From the IMG/VR virus record IMGVR_UViG_3300042554_003148: 64,000 nucleotides of DNA; one strand, 5' to 3'. Shown here one piece after another: positions 9,801-19,675 of this stretch (positions within the stretch are counted from its first letter, which is position 1; each line of letters starts with the position of its first letter). The notes beneath the pieces were generated by a model. That model was given only the letters and a program-made list of their open reading frames with translations. It had not been told where the DNA came from and searched no databases. The DNA is from an uncultured virus (IMG/VR IMGVR_UViG_3300042554_003148). Taxonomy: Duplodnaviria; Heunggongvirae; Uroviricota; Caudoviricetes. A program made the translations under genes and the position numbers.

Positions 9801-11959
9801 CTCCTAGTCTAACTCGAACAATAACTCCGACAACAACCCTATCTCTAACACCAACATCTACTTTAACTCCAACACAAACTATAACAAATACACCAACATC
9901 AACTATTGGCGGTACTCCAACAGTAACTCCTACATTAACATCAACTCCTACGAATACTCCTTCTGTAACTGTTAGTCCGACATCAAGTGCTACGCCAACA
10001 ATCACACCAACTACTACTACAACTCCAACAACAACAATTATTGTAACTCCAACAACAACCCCAACGGTTACTCCTACAGAAACTCCAACCGTTACTCCAA
10101 CAACAACCCCAACAGTTACTCCCACAACAACGATTACTCCAACTGTTACTATAACACAAACACCAACAACAACTCCAACCGTTACTCCAACAGAAACTCC
10201 AACCCTTACTCCTACAGAAACGCCAACTGTTACACCGACGCTCACCTCTACACCAACAGAAACACCAACACCAACAGTAACACCGACACCAACAGCTACA
10301 GAGGGTTTAACACCAACTCCTACCCCATCTGTAACAGAAACCCCAACAGTTACTCCAACAGAAACACCAACAACAACCCCAACAGTTACTCCAACAGAAA
10401 CACCAACAACAACCCCAACAGTTACTCCAACAGAAACACCAACAACAACCCCAACAGTTACTCCAACAGAAACACCAACAACAACCCCAACAGTTACTCC
10501 CACAGAAACCCCAACCGTTACTCCGACAACAACCCCAACTGTTACTCCCACAACAACGATTACTCCAACTGTTACTATAACACAAACATCAACAACAACA
10601 CCAACAACCACGCCAACAATTACACAAACCATTACTCCTTCTTCGACACCAATAGCCGGATGGATTCAAAGAGGTGTAGATATTGATGGCGAGGCAGCTA
10701 ATGATTACAGTGGAAGTAGTGTTGCTATGAATAATGATGGTACCGTAGTAGCAATAGGAGCATATAGCAACGATGGAAATGGAACAGACAGTGGACATAC
10801 TAGAATATATGCTTGGAACGGAACCTCTTGGATTCAAAGAGGAAATGATATTGATGGTGAAGCAGCTTTTGATACAAGTGGATACAGTGTTAGTCTCAAT
10901 AATGATGGAGATATAGTAGCAATCGGAGCAAATGGAAATAATGGTAACGGGACCGATAGCGGAAGCGTAAGAGTATATGTTTGGAATGGTTCAGTATGGA
11001 CTCAACGAGGAAGTGATATTGATGGAGAAGCAACCAATGATGCTAGTGGTATTAGCGTTTCTTTAAATAGCGACGGCACCGTACTAGCAATAGGAGCGTC
11101 TTTAAATGATGGTAATGGAACCGATAGCGGTCATGTACGAGTATATAATTGGAATGGTTCAGCATGGACACAACGAGGAAGCGATATTGATGGAGAAGCG
11201 GCAAGTGATTATAGTGGACAAAGCGTTAGCTTAAATGATAATGGAGATATATTAGCTATTGGAGCATATGGTAATGATAGTAATGGAAATAATAGCGGTC
11301 ATGTACGAGTATATTCTTGGAATGGCTCAGTATGGACTCAAAGAGGAAACGATATTGATGGTGAATCAGCTAACGATGCTAGTGGTTTTAATATTAGTAT
11401 TAATAGTGATGGTACTATACTAGCGATAGGAGCAGGTGGAAATAGCGATAATGGAACAGCTAGCGGCCATACCAGAGTGTATGTTTGGAATGGTACTTCT
11501 TGGGTTCAAAGAGGAAGCGATATTGATGGAGTAGCAGCAAATGATAATAGTGGTCTTAGTGTATCATTAAATAATGATGGTAGCATATTAGCTATTGGAT
11601 CGCCATATAATGACACAAACGGTACCAATAGTGGACATGTACGAGTATATTCTTGGAATGGTAGTTCTTGGACGCAAGTTGGCGATAATATTAATGGAGA
11701 AACATCTTTAAATTATAGTGGAATTAGTGTTCATCTTAATGGAGATGGTACAATATTAACTATCGGAGCCTCTGGTAATAGTGATAATGGAGCTAGTAGT
11801 GGTAGTGTACGAGTATATAGATTAATTGGTATCTCTTTTACGCCCACGCCAACAAAAACCTTAACACCCACACCAACTAAAACACCAACAACAACACCAA
11901 CAGTAACTCCTTCAAAAACAGCATATTATTCAGGCCAACAATATAATTTTATTCCATAA
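6893..11959 (+). CDS. giant modular fibre/adhesin: two permuted FGE/SUMF1 lectin-fold modules, long Thr/Pro linkers, 7-bladed FG-GAP-like beta-propeller
   Basis: [12 protein letters not shown] and NEWYKAAYY/YWxYATQ motifs occur twice. About 7 repeats of [27 protein letters not shown] lie at ~10660-11820. Confidence 0.8.
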   Translation: MSTPPIYSILGNCNSANYSKNGNASSDWNNENGNVTSVGSNGNDSFFGTYDQNGNVYEIIDYQPSSFFIQLYGGSYSSLTANDSIDSSLSLRRDDVGFRVCANSGTTTAFDSITVSGTGNNNDTNGIGQVNYNYKIGKFTITNTQYVEFLNAVANSGSPALIQTSVWPFQRLMQDSNRGGIIVNGFSPNMSYSVKTNFADKPVNYVTWYNAARYINWLHNGKPNSSTLSLNSTENGVYYLNFENNVTTIPTIINNKNTYWLPDRNEWYKAAYYTLDKNGSGSGYWLYATQYDTAPDSIVSNSSGVANNTVTTPDICISPTPTPSVTPTYSPTPSLTASPTLTPTKTATSTPTVTSSVTTTPTLTPTKTPTATITQTRTPNLTVSPTKTPTRTPTRTPSLTPSTTETRTPTPTVTSSSTVTPTPSKSLCSSITVGELIYNPIYTNENIRIIYKGFTFESFINNRQLLVNGGQLGNADINIGLQEIPNASQTPTPTLTPTNTSTPTITPTNTSTTTSTPTVSPTQTNTASVTPTNSITPTVTITSTATPTPSITASQTPTPSITPTLTPTTTVTNTVTSTATPTVTSSNTTTPTNTPTNTATPTNTPTFTPSSTTTPTVTPTVTVTPTPLAFAPLSNSINYANSGNWNGSVSGNLTTVGTNGGPSFYGTYDQNGNISEIALSVVNNTDLIFSIGGNFETATGDLRLLENINENTLDKNIGFRIVTTGNPLNLPYFIDIVDSGNSADTNGVGSVNYNYKISQYTITNCDYIQFLNAVSTQSDTNDTYNVQMSGDPYGGIIRSTGSAPYTYTLKTNFDNKPINFLNIKSMMRYCNWLHNGKPIGIQDFSTTEEGAYILDPIGITPQVSLIASNGAKYTLPTLNEWYKAAYYNPRKNGWGNGGYWTYATQSDSLPDRICSSASGDGRLIISNVCSNTEGNSSTILCTFTPTPSVTPTNTPTTTITRTPTNTPTNTPSLTRTITPTTTLSLTPTSTLTPTQTITNTPTSTIGGTPTVTPTLTSTPTNTPSVTVSPTSSATPTITPTTTTTPTTTIIVTPTTTPTVTPTETPTVTPTTTPTVTPTTTITPTVTITQTPTTTPTVTPTETPTLTPTETPTVTPTLTSTPTETPTPTVTPTPTATEGLTPTPTPSVTETPTVTPTETPTTTPTVTPTETPTTTPTVTPTETPTTTPTVTPTETPTTTPTVTPTETPTVTPTTTPTVTPTTTITPTVTITQTSTTTPTTTPTITQTITPSSTPIAGWIQRGVDIDGEAANDYSGSSVAMNNDGTVVAIGAYSNDGNGTDSGHTRIYAWNGTSWIQRGNDIDGEAAFDTSGYSVSLNNDGDIVAIGANGNNGNGTDSGSVRVYVWNGSVWTQRGSDIDGEATNDASGISVSLNSDGTVLAIGASLNDGNGTDSGHVRVYNWNGSAWTQRGSDIDGEAASDYSGQSVSLNDNGDILAIGAYGNDSNGNNSGHVRVYSWNGSVWTQRGNDIDGESANDASGFNISINSDGTILAIGAGGNSDNGTASGHTRVYVWNGTSWVQRGSDIDGVAANDNSGLSVSLNNDGSILAIGSPYNDTNGTNSGHVRVYSWNGSSWTQVGDNINGETSLNYSGISVHLNGDGTILTIGASGNSDNGASSGSVRVYRLIGISFTPTPTKTLTPTPTKTPTTTPTVTPSKTAYYSGQQYNFIP
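10341..10500 (+). repeat. 36-bp exact tandem repeat x4.4 ([12 protein letters not shown])
   Basis: CCCCAACAGTTACTCCAACAGAAACACCAACAACAA starts at 10341, 10377, 10413 and 10449, with a partial copy at 10485. Confidence 0.9.
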
Positions 11960-11971
11960 AGATAACATAAT

Positions 11972-14248
11972 ATGAATATTAATAAATCTATTATAGAATG
12001 TTGTCCATTTATACCAACAGCACAGCCTACTCCTAGTCCGACCTTAACACCAAGCGCCACTATTACTCCAACAGTAACACCTACTCCTACGGAAACACCA
12101 CCGGTAACACCCACTAATACAATAACTCCAAGTGCCACAGTCACAATACCTCCGACTCCTACTAATACTCCGACTCCATCATTCACTCCGGCCGAAACAC
12201 CCTCTCCCACAGTAACTCCGACTCCATCTCCAACAATACCATTAGGAATCGCTCCTAATGACTACATTCTAATATTTATTGATGAATCTAATAATTGGCA
12301 ATGTAAACAAGGATCAAATGATCCTGGATGCTCCAATCCAGGAGGTTACGTTGATTGGGCCGGACCTCCATCAACAATAGGATGGGCAGGCTATAATCTA
12401 TATTCCACATGCACATCATGGGACTCGTGTTCATTAAACCCAACAGAATATAAAGAAAGAGATGGAACAGCATACAGAACCACCGATTTTGCTCAAGGGG
12501 GAGTATCTGGCAGTTGGGAAAAAGATATTGCTGCAATTAATACAATATCTTCATCTATCGATTTTAATAAAATTGTTGTATTCCATTCAATATGCAGAAG
12601 ACTTGTAACGTTTTCTGGTGGTGGTATGAATTTAACTATTGAAAGTTGCTTGCCGGAGCCGTTGTTTCCTGTTGCTCCACAAGGATCATATACTCCTAGT
12701 TTATGTCCGATTAGACCGCGTAATTTTATATGGTCCCCTAGAACAATAAATACTGGAACCCGTGGATGCCAAGACGCTTTCAATAATCAATTTCTTACTA
12801 AAACATGGATAGAAACACATTCTATAAATGATAGAAATAGATGGGAAACTTTACCTCCAAATGGAGCTCGTATTTTTATATTTATAGACGACTCAGGTAG
12901 CTTAGGTCAGTATGGAAATAATGTAGAAGAACCTATTGATGAGCTAATAGCTGCTTATCCACAATATAATTTTATTAAGCTTAAATGTGATAATGAAAGA
13001 TTTTTAAGATGGATATATAATGTTACGGTAAAGAATACTGATATTTGTATAAGATCAGGTGGTAATCCTCCAGTTTCTCCTCCACCACCGCCTCCGCCAC
13101 CTCCACCACCGCCGCCTCCGCCACCCGTACAACCACCTATTCCTACTCCACCAGCACAAACTTTTGTAAATAGAATGTGGGCAAATGTTTCTATGACATC
13201 AGACGGATCAATAATAGTAGCATCTGTTCAGAATACTACTTCCACTAATACTGACAGTGTTTTTACGAGTTTAGATTATGGAAATAATTGGACACTAAAT
13301 CGTAGTGGAATAGATGTTAGAGCAATATTAATATACGATAGAGATAAAAGAATATTTGCTGCCCCAGACGATGGTGTAATAGTTAAAAGCGAACAACCGC
13401 CTACTTTTGGTAGTTGGGCAGGTTTATTCGTTATGACAAGATCATACGATAATGTTTCATTAGGATCATCTAGGCCATGGCGAGCAATATCGTGTTCTAC
13501 TGATGGACTAAAATTATGTGCTGGAGATGCTCAGAGTGGATTCTTTGTAAGCAATGACGGAGGTGCCTCTTGGAAAGCTCCAGATGGTAATAATTTTGTA
13601 CCAAGACAATTTAGTGATTTATCTTGTTCTAGTGATGGAAGCATAGTAGCAGCATCAGCATCAAGCTCTACAACATCAGCTGCTGGTGGCGTTTTTGTTA
13701 GCAATAACGGCGGATGGGCCACTGATCGTGGTATAGTTCTATCTCCTTGGAGCGCAAGAGAAAGTTGGAGTCTTAAATTAAGAGATGACGATGTGAGAAT
13801 TATTAGGGGGCCAAATATTGTACGTCGTTTTGAGAGCACAGCAGTATCTAGTAATGGTACTAATATGGTTGCAGTAAGCAATATTGGTTCCGTATTTACA
13901 AGCAATGATACTGGAAACACTTGGACATTCAGATATAATAATTTCCAAAAATGGGAAAAAGTAGCTATATCTCACGACGGCACCAAAATGGTAGCAGTCG
14001 CATCTCAAAGGTTCGCGAGCGGAGCAGTTACTTCAGCAAATTCTGAGTATATTTATACAAGTCATGATGGTGGTATTAATTGGGTTCAAAGAGGTCCACA
14101 AAAACAATGGAGAAGTATTGCTATGTCAGCCGACGGTTCTATTATGGTAGCAGTTGCTGGCCCAGGAACATCAATTAATAATACTTTCGCATACGATGGT
14201 ATTTATAGAAGCACAGATAGCGGAGTTACTTGGACAAGAGTATTCTAG
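11972..14248 (+). CDS. modular fibre/adhesin: PT linker, Cys-rich vWA-like domain, poly-Pro16, Asp-box (BNR) beta-propeller
   Basis: IFIDDSGS (MIDAS-like) and SxDxGxxW Asp-boxes (SLDYGNNW, SNDGGASW, SNDTGNTW, SHDGGINW, STDSGVTW). Confidence 0.75.
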   Translation: MNINKSIIECCPFIPTAQPTPSPTLTPSATITPTVTPTPTETPPVTPTNTITPSATVTIPPTPTNTPTPSFTPAETPSPTVTPTPSPTIPLGIAPNDYILIFIDESNNWQCKQGSNDPGCSNPGGYVDWAGPPSTIGWAGYNLYSTCTSWDSCSLNPTEYKERDGTAYRTTDFAQGGVSGSWEKDIAAINTISSSIDFNKIVVFHSICRRLVTFSGGGMNLTIESCLPEPLFPVAPQGSYTPSLCPIRPRNFIWSPRTINTGTRGCQDAFNNQFLTKTWIETHSINDRNRWETLPPNGARIFIFIDDSGSLGQYGNNVEEPIDELIAAYPQYNFIKLKCDNERFLRWIYNVTVKNTDICIRSGGNPPVSPPPPPPPPPPPPPPPPVQPPIPTPPAQTFVNRMWANVSMTSDGSIIVASVQNTTSTNTDSVFTSLDYGNNWTLNRSGIDVRAILIYDRDKRIFAAPDDGVIVKSEQPPTFGSWAGLFVMTRSYDNVSLGSSRPWRAISCSTDGLKLCAGDAQSGFFVSNDGGASWKAPDGNNFVPRQFSDLSCSSDGSIVAASASSSTTSAAGGVFVSNNGGWATDRGIVLSPWSARESWSLKLRDDDVRIIRGPNIVRRFESTAVSSNGTNMVAVSNIGSVFTSNDTGNTWTFRYNNFQKWEKVAISHDGTKMVAVASQRFASGAVTSANSEYIYTSHDGGINWVQRGPQKQWRSIAMSADGSIMVAVAGPGTSINNTFAYDGIYRSTDSGVTWTRVF

Positions 14249-14254
14249 GACAAT

Positions 14255-15220
14255 ATGAAAGACTCTTTGGCAATAATATTGCATCTATATCATATTGATT
14301 TATGGCAAGAATTTAAAGAATTATTAATTCCATTTAGAAATGAATTTAAATTATATCTATGTTTGTGCGAAGATAATGGTGAACAAACAGAAATAATAAA
14401 ATCAGCTAAAAACTTATTTGATACAGATATATCATTCCATAAAAATTATGGAGCTGATATAGCATCTTTTTTAAGAACTCTAGAAAATATAAAAGAATCA
14501 TATTTCATTAAGATACACACTAAAAAAAGTTTACTTGGACAGTATAATCAAATTAAATGGCGACATATTCTTTTACATGATTTTTTTAGTAATACAAATA
14601 TTTTTGAATCTAATTATAAACAAATATTAACTAATCCTGATTGTGGGATGATAGGTAATAAATATTTATTATCTACAGATAGCGAAAATTATCATTCTCA
14701 CAAGATAAAAGAGCTATGTAATATATTAAAAATAAACTACGATAATATTACTAATTATTCTTTTTTTGGCGGCAATATGTTTATGAGTAAAACACATTTA
14801 TTCAAAAAACATTTTTTGCCGTATCAAGATATCTTACAATACTTATTATCTAAAGAACTTAATAAAGTAATAGAAAAACACACCGGAACATATTCACATT
14901 CTCTAGAAAGACTGTTTGGTTATATTGTGTCTCTAAATAATTTAAATTTTTACTATGTTAAACATGCTACAATAATTATTCCCAATAACAAAGCACCAAA
15001 TGGAAAATTTAATCTAATAAAATTATACAACAATGATTGTTATCTACAAGAAGATTTAAATGTATATGGACAAATTATCGATTTTGATGAAAATGAATTT
15101 TCAATAGAGTGGTATCATATGGAACCAAAACCAATTCAAAAATATACCCTCATAAACAAAAACACAGCTGTTCAAAAAAATCTTGACACGCCACGAGAAA
15201 AGGATATAATACATGAATGA
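14255..15220 (+). CDS. rhamnan synthesis F (RgpF)-like glycosyltransferase
   Basis: AIILHLYH, NYGADIASFL, KIHTKKS, WRHIL, FGGNMF and HSLERLFG motifs in RgpF order. Confidence 0.75.
   Translation: MKDSLAIILHLYHIDLWQEFKELLIPFRNEFKLYLCLCEDNGEQTEIIKSAKNLFDTDISFHKNYGADIASFLRTLENIKESYFIKIHTKKSLLGQYNQIKWRHILLHDFFSNTNIFESNYKQILTNPDCGMIGNKYLLSTDSENYHSHKIKELCNILKINYDNITNYSFFGGNMFMSKTHLFKKHFLPYQDILQYLLSKELNKVIEKHTGTYSHSLERLFGYIVSLNNLNFYYVKHATIIIPNNKAPNGKFNLIKLYNNDCYLQEDLNVYGQIIDFDENEFSIEWYHMEPKPIQKYTLINKNTAVQKNLDTPREKDIIHE
15183..15210 (+). promoter_or_regulatory. consensus sigma70 promoter (probably leaderless transcript)
   Basis: TTGACA 15183-15188, 16-nt spacer, TATAAT 15205-15210; ATG at 15217. 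Confidence 0.75.
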
Positions 15221-15699
15221 CACAATCAAAAACAAGACCGTCGTGGACCGATTATTTTCTTGGATTAGCCAAAGTGGTTTCCCAAAGAAGCCACGATGTT
15301 CATACACAGCATGGATGTATTATAACTGATAAGCAAAACCGCATTCTTGGCGTTGGATATAATGGATTTCCTAAAGGACTGGACGATAGTGAATTACCAT
15401 TAACAAGACCAGAAAAATATCATTGGATGGTACACAGCGAAAGAAATGCTCTGGCTAATTGCGTTGTTAGACCAGACGGCGGCACAGCCTATGTTACTGG
15501 TCAATGTTGTAATGATTGTATTATAGCTCTATACCAAGAGGGTATAGATACAGTTTATATGATAGATAATCATGGAACAGTTTTATTCGACGATGATGCA
15601 AAAAATAGATTTGACATTTTTATTAGAATGAGTGGTATGAAAATTTTCTATATAGATCCAAATCTTGAGTGGCTGAGACAACTAAATGGTGTAATATGA
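15217..15699 (+). CDS. dCMP deaminase
   Basis: RPSWTDYF, GYNGFPKG, HSERNA and QCCNDC Zn-deaminase motifs. Confidence 0.92.
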   Translation: MTQSKTRPSWTDYFLGLAKVVSQRSHDVHTQHGCIITDKQNRILGVGYNGFPKGLDDSELPLTRPEKYHWMVHSERNALANCVVRPDGGTAYVTGQCCNDCIIALYQEGIDTVYMIDNHGTVLFDDDAKNRFDIFIRMSGMKIFYIDPNLEWLRQLNGVI

Positions 15700-15848
15700 T
15701 GGTTACCCTATTTTATATTTTATCTACCATATATTTCATACAACTATATCTAATAGAAAACTTTAATCCTATCGGTAAAGAATTTACAATCTTAACCATA
15801 TTAGGTTTAGCTGCTATTTTAGTAAAAAAAGAAAGAAAACCATTATGA
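15696..15848 (+). CDS. small 50-aa two-TM protein (absent from the ORF track)
   Basis: MMVTLFYILSTIYFIQLYLIENFNPIGKEFTILTILGLAAILVKKERKPL, with ATGA overlaps to both flanking genes. Confidence 0.7.
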   Translation: MMVTLFYILSTIYFIQLYLIENFNPIGKEFTILTILGLAAILVKKERKPL

Positions 15849-16816
15849 TATTCGACGAACAAATTTCCAGAAAACCCGACAATTATCCTTGGACCCAAGA
15901 TTTTATAGAGGCTATGCATAATGGATTTTGGACTCATCGCGAATTTAATTTTAGTAGCGATATTCAAGATTTTAGAGTTAATTTAACAGAACAACAAAAA
16001 CAAATTATTATCAGAGCATTATCAACTATTGGTCAATTAGAAATTAGCGTAAAAAAGTTTTGGGCCAAACTTGGCGATAATCTACCACATCCTTCTCTTA
16101 ATGATTTGGGCTATACAATGGCTCATGTGGAAGTTATTCACGGCGATGCGTACGAAAGGCTTCTAGAAGTTCTAGGTATAGATGATAATTTTGAAAAAAT
16201 CCTAGAATTAGATATTATTAAAGGCAGAGTCAATTATCTCCGCAAACATTTACATAAATTTCATCAAGACAATAAAAAACAATTTATTTACTCTCTTATT
16301 CTATTTACTTTGTTTGTTGAGAATATAGCATTATTTTCTCAATTTTATACTATTAGTTATTTTGGTAGATTCTTGAATTTACTTAAAGACACAAATAAAC
16401 AAGTTGAATATACTAGTAGAGAAGAGAATTTACATGCTATGATAGGTATAAAGATAATAAACACTATCAAGCAAGAATATCCAGAGCTATTTGATAAAGA
16501 ATTAGAAGATAAGATTATTCATGAATCTAAGGAAGCAGTCAGATATGAATGCGAAATAATTGATTGGATTGTTAATGGTTACGGAGAAGAAAATCTAAAT
16601 TCTGATCTTCTTAAAGAGTTTATTAAAAACAGACTAAATGAATCATTAGATCAAATAGGATACGAACCGGTATTTGATATTGATCAAAAATTGTTATCAA
16701 AAACATTGTGGTTTGACGAACAGATTCTTGGTAACAATATGACCGATTTCTTTCATTCTCGCCCCGTAGAATACTCTAAGAAAGCCCTATCGTTCGATAT
16801 AGAGGCTTTGTTTTAA
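15845..16816 (+). CDS. nrdB: ribonucleotide reductase beta subunit, class Id (NrdBi)-like
   Basis: QLE66ISVK70KFW, E96VIH99GDAY103, VENIALFSQF, REENLH and C-terminal DFFHSRPVEY. Confidence 0.92.
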   Translation: MIFDEQISRKPDNYPWTQDFIEAMHNGFWTHREFNFSSDIQDFRVNLTEQQKQIIIRALSTIGQLEISVKKFWAKLGDNLPHPSLNDLGYTMAHVEVIHGDAYERLLEVLGIDDNFEKILELDIIKGRVNYLRKHLHKFHQDNKKQFIYSLILFTLFVENIALFSQFYTISYFGRFLNLLKDTNKQVEYTSREENLHAMIGIKIINTIKQEYPELFDKELEDKIIHESKEAVRYECEIIDWIVNGYGEENLNSDLLKEFIKNRLNESLDQIGYEPVFDIDQKLLSKTLWFDEQILGNNMTDFFHSRPVEYSKKALSFDIEALF

Positions 16817-16845
16817 TCATTATTAATGGTTTTATAGGACTTTAA

Positions 16846-18498
16846 ATGACAACGCAACCGTACTATTGGCTTAATTCACATAGTCGTTTATTCTTAGAAA
16901 GAGGATATCTTGAACAAGGTGTTTCTCCAGAAGATAGAATAAAAAATATATCCCAAAATGCTGAGAGATTATTAGACATCTCAGGCTTTGCGGAAAAATT
17001 CGAACATTATATGAGTTTAGGATATTACTCATTGTCCACGCCTGTTTGGACCAATTATGGTAATTCCAGAGGACTACCGGTTAGTTGCTTTAATTCCCAT
17101 ATTAGTGATAGAATGGATAGTATCCTATATAAAGTTGCGGAAGTTGGTATGATGAGCAAATTAGGAGGCGGCACCAGTGGTTACTTTGGTGAATTAAGAT
17201 CACGCGGGGCGAGTATTAGTGTTGGTGGAGAAAGTAGCGGCCCAGTTCACTTCATGGAGTTGTTTGATAAAGTAGCAGATGTGATTAGTCAAGGATCAGC
17301 ACGAAGAGGAAGTTTTGCAGCGTATTTGCCAGTAGAGCATCCTGATATAGAAGAGTTTTTACAAATTCGTAATGAAGGCCATCCTATTCAAAATATGAGT
17401 ATTGGCGTTACCATCACTGATGAATGGATGAATAGTATGGTCGAAGGAGACAAACATAAAAGAAAAATTTGGGCCAAAATTATTCAAAAACGATTTGAGA
17501 GTGGATACCCATACATATTCTTTTATGATACTGTAAATAATAATGCTCCACAAGCTTATAAAGACAAGAATATAAAAATAAATAGTAGTAATCTATGTTC
17601 AGAAATTAGTTTAGCATCAGACGAAAATAATAGTTTTGTTTGTGTTCTAAGCTCGCTTAATCTGCTTCATTGGGATGAAATTATACAAACAGACGCAATC
17701 GAAACTCTTATTTACTTTTTAGATAGTGTTAACCAAGAGTTTATAAATAAAACAGAAAATATTCGTTTCATGAAGAGCGCTAGAAACTTTGCCTTAAATC
17801 ATAGAGCATTAGGTATGGGAGTATTAGGATGGCATTCGTATCTTCAAAGCAAAATGATAAGCTTTGAAAGTATGCAAGCTAAACTAATTAATGCTAATAT
17901 GTGGCAAACCATTAGAGAACGATCAGACAAGGCATCAAGAGAATTAGCAGAAAAATTCGGAGAGGCTCCTATTCTCGAAGGATATGGTTGTAGAAACGTC
18001 ACAACATTAGCTATCGCTCCTACAACTAGTAGTAGTTTTATATTAGGACAAGTTAGTCCTAGTATAGAACCATTGAATAGTAATTATTTTGTGAAGAATT
18101 TAGCAAAAGGGAAGTTCACATATAAAAATCCTCATCTAAAAGAAACTCTCAAAAAATATAATAAAAACGATGAGACAGTTTGGAAGAGTATACTAGTCAA
18201 AGGAGGCTCTGTTCAACATCTAAAATTCTTATCAGATAATGAAAAAGAAGTATTTAAAACATTTGGTGAAATTAGTCAGAAAGAGATTATTATTCAAGCA
18301 TCTCAAAGACAAAAATATATAGATCAATCTCAATCTTTAAATCTAATGATTGGGCCAGACATACCACCAAAACAAGTAAGCGATCTTCTTATAGAAGGAT
18401 GGAAATTAGGAATCAAAACTTTTTATTATCAACGAAGTGCTAATCCAGCACAAGAACTAGCGCGTAATATTTTAGCTTGTACAAACTGTGAATCTTAA
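16846..18498 (+). CDS. nrdA: ribonucleotide reductase alpha subunit, short form without ATP cone
   Basis: PVSCF, NLCSE, APTTSSS, QSQSLN, KTFYYQRS and C-terminal CTNC; only 550 aa. Confidence 0.95.
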   Translation: MTTQPYYWLNSHSRLFLERGYLEQGVSPEDRIKNISQNAERLLDISGFAEKFEHYMSLGYYSLSTPVWTNYGNSRGLPVSCFNSHISDRMDSILYKVAEVGMMSKLGGGTSGYFGELRSRGASISVGGESSGPVHFMELFDKVADVISQGSARRGSFAAYLPVEHPDIEEFLQIRNEGHPIQNMSIGVTITDEWMNSMVEGDKHKRKIWAKIIQKRFESGYPYIFFYDTVNNNAPQAYKDKNIKINSSNLCSEISLASDENNSFVCVLSSLNLLHWDEIIQTDAIETLIYFLDSVNQEFINKTENIRFMKSARNFALNHRALGMGVLGWHSYLQSKMISFESMQAKLINANMWQTIRERSDKASRELAEKFGEAPILEGYGCRNVTTLAIAPTTSSSFILGQVSPSIEPLNSNYFVKNLAKGKFTYKNPHLKETLKKYNKNDETVWKSILVKGGSVQHLKFLSDNEKEVFKTFGEISQKEIIIQASQRQKYIDQSQSLNLMIGPDIPPKQVSDLLIEGWKLGIKTFYYQRSANPAQELARNILACTNCES

Positions 18499-18515
18499 TA
18501 TAAAGGATATTAAAT

Positions 18516-18881
18516 ATGGGTAATGTGTTTGAAGACCAAACCAAGTTTATGGTAGCCTGTGATCAAACAGTATGCGAGTGGAATCAATCTCAATTTGATA
18601 TGTATTACACCCTTATACAAGAAGAAGTTTCGGAGCTTAAAGAGGCCATAAACAACACAGATAGAGTAGAAATATTAGATGCTTTAATAGATATTATTGT
18701 GGTTACAGCAGGAGCTATAAATAGCACTGGTAGTAATGCTCAAGGAGCATGGGACGAAGTAATGAAAACTAATTTTGCTAAAGTAGATCCTATTACAGGA
18801 AAAGTAAAAAAGAGAGAAGATGGCAAAGTATTAAAACCAGAAGGATGGAAAGCGCCTAATCTTAAGTCGTTTGTAATATAA
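18516..18881 (+). CDS. MazG-like / PRA-PH family NTP pyrophosphohydrolase
   Basis: LIQEEVSEL...EILDALID...EVMKTNFAK...REDGKVLKPEGW. Confidence 0.85.
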   Translation: MGNVFEDQTKFMVACDQTVCEWNQSQFDMYYTLIQEEVSELKEAINNTDRVEILDALIDIIVVTAGAINSTGSNAQGAWDEVMKTNFAKVDPITGKVKKREDGKVLKPEGWKAPNLKSFVI

Positions 18882-18885
18882 TATA

Positions 18886-18893
18886 TGGTGTAT
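18886..18893 (+). promoter_or_regulatory. TGGTGTAT motif, copy 4
   Basis: Intergenic, 52 nt upstream of the phoH TTG start. Confidence 0.6.
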
Positions 18894-18937
18894 ATTAATA
18901 TGTCATTATTAATATAACTTATTATAAAGGGCATAAC

Positions 18938-19675
18938 TTGAGAAAGAAAAAAAATGGTAGCACTAGAAAAGAAAAAATTATTGATCTCACAAATTCGCCC
19001 CTTAATCAAGATAATACAAGACTATCATCTAGGAATAGATTAAAACCAAGAACAGAAAATCAAAAAGAATATATACGATCTATTATAGAAAACACTATTA
19101 CTTTTTGTCAAGGCAGTGCTGGTAGTGGTAAAACTCACTGTGCTGTTGGTTTGGCATTGGAGCATTTATTAGAAGATAAAATTAAAAAAATCATTATAAC
19201 AAGACCTGTTGTTGAAGCAGGAGAAAAAATAGGTTATCTTCCAGGTAAATATGAAGAAAAATTATTTCCTTATCTATTACCTATAGAAGATGAGATAAAT
19301 TATTTTATTGGTCCAGCATTGAACGCAACCCTTAAATTAAATAATAAGATAGAAATTGTGCCTTTAGGATTTATGAGAGGAAGAAATTTTCATGATTGTT
19401 TCATAGTAGCAGACGAATGCCAAAATGCTTCCTATGAACAATTAAAAATGCTATTGACAAGAATTGGTCAAAACAGTAAAATGGTATTAACTGGAGATGT
19501 TTCGCAATCAGATCTTGCTAGACATTTACAGGGTGGTTTTTATGAAATGATAAAAAATCTATCAGATGTAGACGGTATAGGTATTTCTACACTAACCGAT
19601 AATGATATTATTCGTAATCCTATAATAGCAAAAATTTTAGCAAAATTAGACAATTATGAACAAGGCAGAAAATAG
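18938..19675 (+). CDS. phoH: PhoH-family ATPase
   Basis: GSAGSGKT, TRPVVEAGE, GYLPG, MRGRNF, DECQN and GDVSQSD. Confidence 0.95.
   Translation: MRKKKNGSTRKEKIIDLTNSPLNQDNTRLSSRNRLKPRTENQKEYIRSIIENTITFCQGSAGSGKTHCAVGLALEHLLEDKIKKIIITRPVVEAGEKIGYLPGKYEEKLFPYLLPIEDEINYFIGPALNATLKLNNKIEIVPLGFMRGRNFHDCFIVADECQNASYEQLKMLLTRIGQNSKMVLTGDVSQSDLARHLQGGFYEMIKNLSDVDGIGISTLTDNDIIRNPIIAKILAKLDNYEQGRK

Noticed and set aside
9595..10632. 345-aa minus-strand Val/Gly-rich ORF (and similar ORFs at 1457-1669, 10307-10585 and 11926-12210)
   Set aside because: These are antisense shadows of Thr/Pro codon repeats, which lack stop codons on the opposite strand.
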